Below are positions 53,624-64,000 of a DNA stretch of 64,000 bases, in pieces. Within the stretch, counting starts at the first letter, position 1. Each line of letters begins with the position of its first letter. The position numbers and the translations under genes were made by a program. The stretch comes from a bacterium (GTDB lineage: Bacteria > UBA8248): positions 1,856,001 to 1,920,000 of the forward strand of contig OZ241326.1 of NCBI GenBank assembly GCA_965199855.1, given 5' to 3'. The notes under the pieces were generated by a model. That model was not told the DNA's origin. It did not search any database and saw only the letters and a program-made list of their open reading frames with translations.

Positions 53624-53765
53624 CAGATCATCCCGGGGCGGATTCTCCGCATGGATTCTATCGGGCGCGGGCGTTTCGTCAAGTCATCCCGAATTTCACG
53701 CGGCCTTGCTCCCGTCGCCGCGCTTTCGTCAAAGCGCGGCTTCCCCCGCGGGCGGCGCTTCGCCG

Positions 53766-54953
53766 TTATTGGCCCTCGGGGATGATCACCCTCTTGTCGT
53801 GGTCCGCCGGCAGACCGTTGTTCAGCGTATGCAGCATCCAGTCCGCGATGGCGGGATACATGTCGGCCGCCACCTCGCCCATAGGGTGAAAAACGCCCTC
53901 GTAGAGCCAGAGTTCGCGCGGGCACGTGAGATGCTCGAAGAAAACCTCAATATCGTCCGGCGTGCAAAGCTCGTCCATGTCGCCGGCTACGAGCAGATAG
54001 TCCGACTTCATCCTGCCCGCCGTGGGCAGCCAGATGTCGTCGCGCTCCTCAACGAAGGCGTCGAACGCATCCTCGTCCAGGATGTTCGTCATATACATGT
54101 AGATTCTCTTGAAGTTGGGCTGGGCCTGGTTGAAGATGATGTCCGAAGGCCCCACGTTCGCCATCTGGCCGACGACGGCGCTGACGCGCTCGTCCTGGGC
54201 GGCGATCTCCACCGTCCAGCGGCTTCCCATGCTCATGCCCATGAGGCCGATCTTGGAGGAATCCACCTCTTCGCGCTCTGTGAGCCAGTCGATGACCCTG
54301 CTGCCCGCGCGCGCGTAGTTGTGGTGATCCACCCACACCTGGTTGACGTTGCATTCGCCCTGCCCGGGGCCGTCCATGATGGCGAAGTTCATGCCTCGCT
54401 CGCGGAACCAGTTGTTGTAGGGCAGGAGCCCGTCCTCCTTGATCATGTCCATGCCGGGAATGAGCAGAACGGTCGGCCTGGCGCCCTCGCCTTCCGCCGG
54501 CCAGTAGTAGAAATACGCGCTCTTGCCCGGCTCGAACTCCACCTCGCGCTTCTGGATGCCGCCGCCCATGAGTTCGCGCATTTTCTCGAAGCAGCGCGCC
54601 ACGCCCGCGTAGTATTCCTTTTTGCGGGGATGGCCGTCCACGGGGATGAGGTGCTGGCCCCGCCCGTAGCAGAGTCCCGCGCGGTTGTAGTGCATGGCGG
54701 CGGTCACGCGGTTGCCGGCCTCTGCCGCGGCGATGGCCTTCTTCTCCTGAAGGGCGGCCTGCTTTCCCCACAGGAGCGGAATGGAGCGCCTGCCCGAAAC
54801 CCTTGAATAGACCGCCTGGAGGTCCTGGTGCCGAAAGCCCCTCTCGTAGCGCGTGCCCATGATGCCGGGGTGGAGGACGTCCTCATTCTCGGAGAGCTTG
54901 AGAAAATTGTCGAAAATCCAGTTCTGGTTCGCGCGCGATGCCTGTCGTCTCAT
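53766..54953 (-). CDS. Alpha/beta hydrolase (FrsA / DHPON hydrolase-like)
   Basis: PGMDMIKE, DGPGQGE, GMSMG, VAGDMDEL, terminal FHP. Confidence 0.8.
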   Translation of the reverse strand: MRRQASRANQNWIFDNFLKLSENEDVLHPGIMGTRYERGFRHQDLQAVYSRVSGRRSIPLLWGKQAALQEKKAIAAAEAGNRVTAAMHYNRAGLCYGRGQHLIPVDGHPRKKEYYAGVARCFEKMRELMGGGIQKREVEFEPGKSAYFYYWPAEGEGARPTVLLIPGMDMIKEDGLLPYNNWFRERGMNFAIMDGPGQGECNVNQVWVDHHNYARAGSRVIDWLTEREEVDSSKIGLMGMSMGSRWTVEIAAQDERVSAVVGQMANVGPSDIIFNQAQPNFKRIYMYMTNILDEDAFDAFVEERDDIWLPTAGRMKSDYLLVAGDMDELCTPDDIEVFFEHLTCPRELWLYEGVFHPMGEVAADMYPAIADWMLHTLNNGLPADHDKRVIIPEGQ

Positions 54954-55117
54954 GCCGCCGCCTTCTCCTTTGTCTGCGCGGCGGACGGGCGCGAGTCCCC
55001 TCTTATCGCCGCTCCTGAAGTCAGAAAACACCGGGTCCGGCCGCTATCTTCCAGCCGGGAGCCGTCCGGGTCAACCGCCTCGGGAGATCGCCTTCGGGCG
55101 AGTTTTCGGATGCCGCG

Positions 55118-55146
55118 TTGACGAGGCGGCGCATTTTCCGTAGATT
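55118..55146 (+). promoter_or_regulatory. Candidate sigma70 promoter of metY copy 1
   Basis: TTGACG (55118-55123), 17-bp spacer, TAGATT (55141-55146). Confidence 0.5.
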
Positions 55147-55247
55147 CAGGCGTTCATTTTCTGAAGGCGGCGACCGCGCCGGCCTTTGAGAATCCCGGGC
55201 GGGGCGCTTCCCGCCGCCATTTTCGATGCAATATGAGGAGCCGGGCA

Positions 55248-56540
55248 ATGACAGTAGAATCAAGCAACAGCGAAACAATCGTCCTTCACGCCGGATACCG
55301 CAAGGACGACGCCACGAACGCCGTGGCCGTGCCGATTTACCAGACGTCCTCCTACCAGTTCGACAGCACGGAGCACGCGGCCAATCTCTTCTCGCTGAAG
55401 GAACTGGGCAACATCTACACCCGCATCATGAACCCCACGAACGACATTCTGGAGAAGCGGCTGGCCGCTCTGGAGGGCGGCGTGGGCGCCCTCGCCGTCT
55501 CCTCGGGGCAATCCGCCTCGATGATGGCCGTGATGAACGTCGCGCGCGCCGGCGACAACATCGTGAGTTCGACGGACCTCTACGGCGGCACGTGGAACCT
55601 GTTCGCCAACCAGCTGGAGGACATCGGCATCGAGTGCCGCTTCGTGGACCCCGCAGACCCGCAAAGCTTCGCCGAAGCGACCGACGACAGGACGCGCGCC
55701 TACTACGCCGAGACGCTGCCAAACCCGAAGCTGCGCGTTTTCCCGATCAGGGAGGTCGCCGACATCGGGCGCGCGATGGGGATTCCCCTCATCATGGACA
55801 ACACGGCGGCGCACGGCCTCTGCAAGCCCTTCGAGCACGGCGCGGCCGTCATCGCCTCCTCGTGCACGAAATACATCGGCGGGCACGGCAACTCCATCGG
55901 CGGCGTCATCATCGACGGCGGAAACTTCGACTGGGCGGCGCACCCCGAGCGGCAGCCCTACCTGAACCAGCCCGACCCGAGCTATCACGGCGCCGTGTGG
56001 ACGGAGGCCGTCAAGCCGCTCGGCCCCATCGCCTACATCATCAAGGCGCGCGTCACGCTCCTGCGCGACTCCGGCCAGGCGACCAGCCCCTTCAACGCCT
56101 TCCTGTTTCTCCAGGGGCTGGAAACCCTGCCCCTGCGCATGGAGCGACACTGCGAAAACGCCGAGAAGGCGGCGGACTTCCTGAAAAACCACCCCAAGGT
56201 GAGCGCCGTGATCTACCCGGGCCTCATGGAGGGCGAATTCCGCCGCCGCGCCGACGCCTACCTCAAGGGCGGCTACGGCGGCCTGTGCGGCTTCGAGCTC
56301 AAGGGCGGGAACGAGGCCGGCCAGAACTTCATCAACGCGCTCAAGATGTTCTACCACGTGGCGAACATCGGCGATTCGAGGAGTCTGGCGATTCACCCGG
56401 CGAGCACCACGCACTCCCAGCTCAGCCCGGAGGAGCAGGAGAAAACGGGCGTGACGCCGGGCTACGTGCGCCTCTCCATCGGCATCGAGCACATCGACGA
56501 CATCATCGCCGACCTCTCCCAGGCGCTGGACGCCGCGTAG
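55248..56540 (+). CDS. metY: O-acetylhomoserine aminocarboxypropyltransferase/sulfhydrylase (copy 1)
   Basis: PIYQTSS, GNIYTRIMNPT, LYGGT, SCTKYIGGHG (PLP lysine), ANIGD, HPASTTH. GAGGAG upstream. Confidence 0.93.
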   Translation: MTVESSNSETIVLHAGYRKDDATNAVAVPIYQTSSYQFDSTEHAANLFSLKELGNIYTRIMNPTNDILEKRLAALEGGVGALAVSSGQSASMMAVMNVARAGDNIVSSTDLYGGTWNLFANQLEDIGIECRFVDPADPQSFAEATDDRTRAYYAETLPNPKLRVFPIREVADIGRAMGIPLIMDNTAAHGLCKPFEHGAAVIASSCTKYIGGHGNSIGGVIIDGGNFDWAAHPERQPYLNQPDPSYHGAVWTEAVKPLGPIAYIIKARVTLLRDSGQATSPFNAFLFLQGLETLPLRMERHCENAEKAADFLKNHPKVSAVIYPGLMEGEFRRRADAYLKGGYGGLCGFELKGGNEAGQNFINALKMFYHVANIGDSRSLAIHPASTTHSQLSPEEQEKTGVTPGYVRLSIGIEHIDDIIADLSQALDAA

Positions 56541-56555
56541 AACCGACGGAAAGCG

Positions 56556-56592
56556 AAAAGAGGGCGGCCCCGATCGGGCCGCCCTCTTTTTT
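56556..56592. terminator. Intrinsic terminator, probably bidirectional
   Basis: AAAAGAGGGCGGCCC-CGATC-GGGCCGCCCTCTTTT-TT: 15-bp perfect stem with A and T tracts, between metY and the convergent CRISPR locus. Confidence 0.88.
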
Positions 56593-56679
56593 GGTCGCTA
56601 CATATTGAAAATGAATGAATAAATGGCCAGCACTTAAAGCATCAAATGAAGTTTTCAGATTGGGTTCCCCTGGGCCGGG

Positions 56680-56911
56680 CGGGTCGTCAATCCCCACCGC
56701 ACAGGGGCCTATATCCCGCGCAAAACATCCACACCCTGAACTAGTTGCGGTCAATCCCCACCGCACAGGGGCCTATATCTCCGCGGACAGCGCGTCTACG
56801 TCACGCATTGTTGCGGTCAATCCCCACCGCACAGGGGCCTATATCGCAATGTCACGTCGACCTCAATGTTTGTGGGTTGCGGTCAATCCCCACCGCACAG
56901 GGGCCTATATC
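56680..56911 (-). CRISPR. CRISPR array: 36-bp repeat GATATAGGCCCCTGTGCGGTGGGGATTGACCGCAAC, 3 perfect + 1 degenerate repeat, 3 spacers
   Basis: Identical repeats at 56744-56779, 56810-56845 and 56876-56911. The distal copy is identical over 56686-56715 only. Unique spacers of 30, 30 and 28 bp at 56846-56875, 56780-56809 and 56716-56743. Confidence 0.95.
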
Positions 56912-57057
56912 CCGTTTCATGCAAAACCTTGTTTTCATGCTTCGTCCGGCGTTTTCTCCCATAGAGGAATTCTCTACGCCATGGCTTCGGCTGATTTTTC
57001 GACCCGTTGCCGGGCGCGCCGCTGCGCTCTCGTGGGCTTCCTCTCCTTCACGACGCC

Positions 57058-59004
57058 TCAGCCCTCCATGGCTTTTGTGGCGAGGTTCATCGCCCCGTTC
57101 TCGTCCCTGTCATGCTCCGTTCCGCACTCCGGGCATGTCCACCTCAACCCGGGGTCCGCCTCGTTCTGGTAATCGCATTTCGGGGTGGAGCACTTTCTGC
57201 TCGTATATGCCGGATTTATGTGGACGACGCGAACTCCCTCCCGTTCCGCGCAATTCTTTACGGCGCCGATAAAGACGCCCGGCGCCGCGTCGAACAGTTG
57301 CCCCCGCGATTTTTTTGTATGCTCTCCGCCCTTTTTCTCCTTGTCCTTGAATTCGCGGAGCAGGTTCCCGTCCTCGATCCCTATGGGCAGGCGTTCCGCT
57401 TTGGCTTTGTCCACGATTTCTTTCGCCTTCAGGCGATAAAAGTAGTCGCGCTGTCCGATGAGCCGCTTCACCCGATAATGGTATTCATGGTATCGGCCTT
57501 CCCATGATCTCGCCCATCTCGCTATCGCGTCGCGCGCGGCGTCCTCGTTTTCCGCCAGCGCGTCGGGTCTCTCGCGAAGGGCGAGAACAAGGCTGTAAAC
57601 CGTTTCAAAACTGACGGTTCGCTTCTCGCGCTCCGCGTTGCGGACGATGGCGCGAATGATTCTACGGAATGAATCTTTTTCGTTCGCACCGGCCCATGCC
57701 TTTGTTTTCCTGAGCAATGGCCCGACTGCGAGACCAAAAGCGACCGCGCTCTTGTCGAGAGCGGACTTCAACTTGTTCACGCGCTTGGTGGCGTCCCGCC
57801 ATTCCTCGCGGACGGTGATGTGTTCGGGTTTGAAAGCGGTTTTGGGATCATCGGATTCGCGCTTTATGGCGACGGTCGCCGTTCGCAGCTCCCCCTCGAT
57901 TTCTTTCCAGCCGATGTCGATTCCCATCCCCGCGCGAGAAGAGGGAGCGATGCCGGCGGGCGCGTCGGCTTCAACGAAAAAGCAGACGTGGTATTTGAAC
58001 TTGCCCTTCCCGATGCGGCGGCGAACGAGTTGCGCGTTCTTGATGAGCGCGCCTTCCGGGATGAGGCGGTGCAGAACCAGATCGAAATGGCAATATACGT
58101 CCGAACTCCCCGTTCCCTTTTTCGTGGCGAGCTTGAGGCGGGCGCGGCGAATCCGAGCCTCTTCCCCGTTTGGCTTCTTCCGCCGCCGCTTTTCCCATCG
58201 CCGCTCCAGCTTTTCCAGTTTCTGCTCCGTTTCTTCCTTCGGCAGTTTCTTGTTCCGAATCTTGCGGCGATCCTGCTCGAAAGCCTCCCGCTCATCAAGA
58301 ATGACGAAAGGGCGCTTGTCTTTGTCTTTCCTTTTGCGGAGATCTTCAAAGAAAACGCCGTCTGCGGTTTGTTTTTCCCAAGTGCGGCTGAGGCGGTAAT
58401 GGAAATAACCTGATTTTCTTTTGTGGAATGCGTGAAATCTCAAATTGTAATCACCGGCGATTTCCCCCGCGCTTTTCTTCGTCAACGCTTTGAAGAATTC
58501 GCCTCGTGACGTCCTGAATTTTTCAAGAATATCTCCGGCTGTCTTGCTCATAAGTTCGCACTGATCTACTTGGGCCGCCTCCCGCAAGCGACGTTCAGCC
58601 TCCTTTTTGCACTCCTTCTCCCTGGCGGCGAACTCGGGATTCTCCTTGATGAGCGCGTTCGCCTCCTTGCGCGGCTTCTTGATGTCCTCCCACAGTTTTT
58701 TCCTCTCGTCGATGAGAGCTTCCGGCGGCTCATCGCCTTCGCGCTTCGCCTCGCCAAGCGAGCGTTCGATGATTTCCAGTCTCTCGTCGAGTTTCCGATA
58801 GGCGGGGCTGGCCTCCCGCCGCAGGGAATTATAGGCCGCAACGTCTTTTTCGTGGATTTCGACCAGATTGTTCCGCAACCGGTTGGCTCGCTGGAGCTCG
58901 TTTTCCCCCTCGGCGGGAAACGGCTCCACGGGAACCGCGCCGTATTTCATAACGAACTTTCTGGGTTCTCGCGTTTCCATTTCCTTCTCTTCAAAATAAA
59001 CCAT
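57058..59004 (-). CDS. Compact type V CRISPR effector, Cas12m (V-M/V-U1)-like TnpB-derived RuvC protein; likely start 58980 (640 aa)
   Basis: RuvC-I GIDIGW, Ruv[27 protein letters not shown] zinc finger, Ruv[15 protein letters not shown]. Also [25 protein letters not shown] motifs like those I recall from Cas12m. Lies 146 bp from a CRISPR array. Confidence 0.85.
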   Translation of the reverse strand: MVYFEEKEMETREPRKFVMKYGAVPVEPFPAEGENELQRANRLRNNLVEIHEKDVAAYNSLRREASPAYRKLDERLEIIERSLGEAKREGDEPPEALIDERKKLWEDIKKPRKEANALIKENPEFAAREKECKKEAERRLREAAQVDQCELMSKTAGDILEKFRTSRGEFFKALTKKSAGEIAGDYNLRFHAFHKRKSGYFHYRLSRTWEKQTADGVFFEDLRKRKDKDKRPFVILDEREAFEQDRRKIRNKKLPKEETEQKLEKLERRWEKRRRKKPNGEEARIRRARLKLATKKGTGSSDVYCHFDLVLHRLIPEGALIKNAQLVRRRIGKGKFKYHVCFFVEADAPAGIAPSSRAGMGIDIGWKEIEGELRTATVAIKRESDDPKTAFKPEHITVREEWRDATKRVNKLKSALDKSAVAFGLAVGPLLRKTKAWAGANEKDSFRRIIRAIVRNAEREKRTVSFETVYSLVLALRERPDALAENEDAARDAIARWARSWEGRYHEYHYRVKRLIGQRDYFYRLKAKEIVDKAKAERLPIGIEDGNLLREFKDKEKKGGEHTKKSRGQLFDAAPGVFIGAVKNCAEREGVRVVHINPAYTSRKCSTPKCDYQNEADPGLRWTCPECGTEHDRDENGAMNLATKAMEG

Positions 59005-59080
59005 GGTCGGGGCGAGAGGATTTGAACCTCCGGCCTCCTGCTCCCGAAGCAGGCGCGCTACCAGGCTGCGCTACGCCCCG
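59004..59080 (-). tRNA. tRNA-Pro (CGG)
   Basis: Reverse complement CGGGGCGTAGCGCAGCCTGGTAGCGCGCCTGC-TTCGGGA-GCAGG...GTTCAAATC...GACCA, 77 nt. Confidence 0.96.
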
Positions 59081-59113
59081 ACCCGACGCGGGCGACGGAA
59101 TGGCGGCGCTCCC

Positions 59114-59784
59114 CTACGCCTTCTCCCATCCGTATTTGCCCACGAGCTTCACGAAAACGCAGTTCACCAACTCCTCCGGCGCGAGCAACTCACCCGCCTT
59201 CGACGCGCGGCATCGCGCGAGCGTCTGCTTCTCGCCCTCCCCCAGGGGCATGACGATGCGCCCGCCCGGGGCGAGCTGCCCGGCCCACGGCTTCGGAACG
59301 CGGGGCGCAGACGCCGCGCTCACGATGACGTCGAAGGGCGCCTCCGCCGGCCAGCCGTACGTGCCGTCCGCCGTCCAGAGCATATAATTCGTCAGGCCGA
59401 GAGAATCCAGGCGCGTCCTGGCTCTCTCCGAGAGTTCGGGCACCCTCTCGATTGCGCGAACGGCGCCCGAGAGCCTCGCCAGAAGCGCGGTAAGGTAGCC
59501 CGAACCCGCGCCGATTTCAAGCACTTTCTCCCCGCCCCCCAGTTCGAGCGCCTCCAGGGTGGCGGCCACCATGTAGGGCTGGGAGATCGTTTGCCCGTGC
59601 CCGATGGGCAGCGCCTTGTCGGCGTAGGCGGCCTCCTGGAAGATGTCGGGCGCGAAGTGGTGCCGGGGCACCTCGCGCAGCGCGTCGATCACGCGGGCGT
59701 CCCGAATCCCCCTGGCGACGATCTGCTTCTCCACCATCTGCTCGCGCGCGCTGCGCCAGCGGCTTCGGGCGTCCTCTTTTCCGT

Positions 59785-59800
<16 letters not shown>
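59114..59800 (-). CDS. pcm: Protein-L-isoaspartate O-methyltransferase (start uncertain)
   Basis: [39 protein letters not shown]. Follows surE. Confidence 0.94.
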
Positions 59801-62120
<2,320 letters not shown>

Positions 62121-62121
<1 letters not shown>

Positions 62122-62600
62122 TGGCTTTTTCCGAATATCAGGATCCCCGCGCGATTCGGCATATTCTGCGAAACCACCGCCGCGTGGCGATGGTGGGCCT
62201 CTCGGCGAATGAAGCGAGGCCGAGCTACTTCGTGGGCTATTACCTCCAAAGAATGGGGTTTCAGGTCATTCCCGTGAACCCTCGATATGAACGGATATTG
62301 GGGGAAAAATCCTATCCCGACTTGGAGTCGATGCCCGTTCCGCCCGACGTGGTGGACGTATTCCGCAGACCGGATGAAATTTCGGAGGCGGTGGATGAGG
62401 CGATAGCCGTCGGCGCCAAATCCATCTGGATGCAGTTCGGCGTGGTGAACGAGGCGGAAGCCGCCCGCGCCAGGTCCGGGGGCCTCCTCGTCGTCATGGA
62501 CAGGTGCATGAAGATCGAGCACGGGAGACTGAGGGGCGGCTTGCGCTCGGCGGGGATGCGCACCGGCGTCATCACGACGCGCCGAAGCGCGCCCCTTTAG
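62121..62600 (+). CDS. CoA-binding protein (YccU-like)
   Basis: VAMVGLS...RPSY.V..YL, PVNP, DVVDVFR, WMQFG, MDRCMK. Often paired with metY. Confidence 0.88.
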
Positions 62601-62710
62601 GTGGGATTCGCGGCGCGACGGCTTTCGAGCCGCTTGCAAATTCCCGGAATATCCTTTAAGCAGGAAAGCGCAGGAGGTTTCGGCAGTTCGCCGCTTCCGC
62701 AAGAGAGAGC

Positions 62711-63409
62711 ATGAATAAACTCAAAATCCTGATGCTGGGCATTCCTCTCCTTCCCGTATGGATGGCTTCGTCCGCTCAAGCGGAAAACGGGCTCATCGTC
62801 CACACGCGAGCGATTTCCGGCCAGCCCCGCGTCTTTCTCGCGCGCGGAGAGAAAATCTCTCTCAAGGGCGAGCAGGCGATGCGGCCGGGCGATCGCATCG
62901 TCACGAGCGGGACGGCGCGGGCGCTGCTTCGCTTCTCGCACAGTCCCGGCTGTCGGCTCGTGCTGGAACTGGAGCCGAACAGTTCGTTCAAGCTGACGGA
63001 CTCCAAGCCGGGCGGCGCGTATTCCGCCCGGCTCGACAGGGGCGGCGTGAAATGCCGGGGCTCTTCCTGCGGTCTGAGTCTGAGCGTCGCGACGCCGACG
63101 GGAATCCTGAGCGGCAGGGACGCCAAATTCGCCCTGCGCGCCCGGCGCCATTCGACCACCGTGATATTTGCGAGCGGGCGAATGCGCCTGCTCGTCGGCG
63201 GTCAGGCGTTTTCGCTGCGCGAGATGACGCGCATCACCGTCTCGAAAACGGGGGGGCATCGAATCGCCACGATGCGCGGCGGCGATTTCCGAATACGTCC
63301 TCTCCCCCGCGCCGCCTCTCCTTCCCCCGCTTCGCTCTCGCCTGTTTCCGCCAGTCGCCGCTTTCTCCGCCCCGCCGCTTCCCCGGCCGCGTCGACGCGA
63401 AGGCCTTGA
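62711..63409 (+). CDS. Exported hypothetical protein, FecR-like domain
   Basis: Signal peptide, then GDRIVT...A.L.F, LEPNS, LDRG, V.TP.G pattern. Confidence 0.55.
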   Translation: MNKLKILMLGIPLLPVWMASSAQAENGLIVHTRAISGQPRVFLARGEKISLKGEQAMRPGDRIVTSGTARALLRFSHSPGCRLVLELEPNSSFKLTDSKPGGAYSARLDRGGVKCRGSSCGLSLSVATPTGILSGRDAKFALRARRHSTTVIFASGRMRLLVGGQAFSLREMTRITVSKTGGHRIATMRGGDFRIRPLPRAASPSPASLSPVSASRRFLRPAASPAASTRRP

Positions 63410-63528
63410 CGAAAGCCGCGCTCAAGTCTTACTACATGGATTGAAGCTGCATCTCCTCCTCAAGGTCCGACACGGCCTCGCAGGCCGGCGATGCGTCGGG
63501 CCTTTTGGGTGAAGCGTCTCTCTTCGGT

Positions 63529-63605
<77 letters not shown>

Positions 63606-63655
63606 TTTCATTTCCCGGCGACGGGCGAACGGGGCATCCCGGGAGGGGCCGGCGG

Positions 63656-64000
63656 GTGGAGGTCGGGTTCATCGGCCTGGGAAGAATGGGCGGCGAAATT
63701 TGCGCTCATCTCGTTCAGGCGAATCATGCGGTAGCCGCCTATGACGTTCGGGAAGAAGCCACCCGGGAGGCGGAGCGAAAAGGCGCGCGCGCCGGACGCA
63801 GCCCGGCGGATGTCGCTTCCCGCTCAGAGGTTGTTTTCACCTCCCTGCCTCACCCGCAGGCTTCGCGCGAGGCGATTCTCGGCGCGGAGGGAATTCTCGC
63901 GGGCGTTCGGAAGGGAGCGCTTCTGGCGGAGACGAGCACCGTCTCTCCTTCCCTCATCAAGGAACTGGCCCCCGTGGTGAAGGAGCGCGGCGCCGAGTTG
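63656..64000 (+). CDS. NAD(P)-dependent oxidoreductase, 3-hydroxyisobutyrate dehydrogenase family (3' end outside window)
   Basis: GTG start, then EVGFIGLGRMG..I.AHL....H.V..YD, VVFTSLP, ETSTVSP. Frame stays open to the window end. Confidence 0.85.
   Translation, partial: MEVGFIGLGRMGGEICAHLVQANHAVAAYDVREEATREAERKGARAGRSPADVASRSEVVFTSLPHPQASREAILGAEGILAGVRKGALLAETSTVSPSLIKELAPVVKERGAEL

Noticed and set aside
54999-55010. CTCTTATC resembling the start of a SAM-I riboswitch upstream of metY
   Set aside because: The following SAM-I core elements (AGAG, GAGGGA, GCAACC, GATGA) are missing in order.
56592-56597. TGGTCG matching the tRNA-Pro 3' end as an att duplication
   Set aside because: Only 6 bp, and no integrase is present.
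56680-56911. Type VI-A (Cas13a) array, because the repeat has a GATATAG...CCCC...GGGGA...AAC outline
   Set aside because: No large HEPN protein is nearby. The adjacent protein is RuvC-type and the repeat fits a pseudoknot fold.
56615-57272. ORFs with repeated peptides (VAVNPHRTGAYI, RSIPTAQGPIS)
   Set aside because: These are read-through of the CRISPR repeats, whose 66-bp period is a multiple of 3.
57058-59004. IS200/IS605 or IS607 element with TnpB
   Set aside because: There is no tnpA or serine recombinase, the protein is much longer than typical TnpB, and a real array is adjacent.

Overview
This is a GC-rich chromosome segment from a diderm, LPS-making bacterium. Gene content suggests a Nitrospinota/Deltaproteobacteria-grade organism, which is inference only. 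Bases 1-43 kb are mostly housekeeping genes on the + strand: phoH, a 7TM-HD phosphodiesterase, ybeY, lapA, mutS, ntrY, an NtrX-LpxC fusion, purMN, lolA, rseP, ispG, proS, tRNA-Met, tilS, ftsH, pdxJ, nnr, tsaE, lptCAB, rpoN, hprK-EIIA-HPr, metK, ahcY, an amidase, der, an EF-G paralog, a SPOR protein, a MerR regulator and bioB. Bases 43-64 kb are more mosaic: an FAD/Fe-S oxidoreductase, a low-GC GmrSD (DUF262-DUF1524) gene, an MscR-like Zn dehydrogenase, hydrolases, two metY paralogs, surE-pcm, nlpD-apt and three more tRNAs. The standout is a minimal type V CRISPR module at 56.7-59.0 kb. It has one ~640-aa Cas12m-like (TnpB-derived) effector that keeps a canonical D-E-D RuvC triad and starts directly at the CCA end of tRNA-Pro(CGG). 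A 4-repeat array follows, whose 36-nt repeat can fold as an H-type pseudoknot, and there are no cas1/cas2/cas4 genes in the window. The second highlight is the response regulator/degenerate AAA+/HTH protein fused in frame to an intact LpxC. All calls come from reading motifs by eye; no database searches were run.
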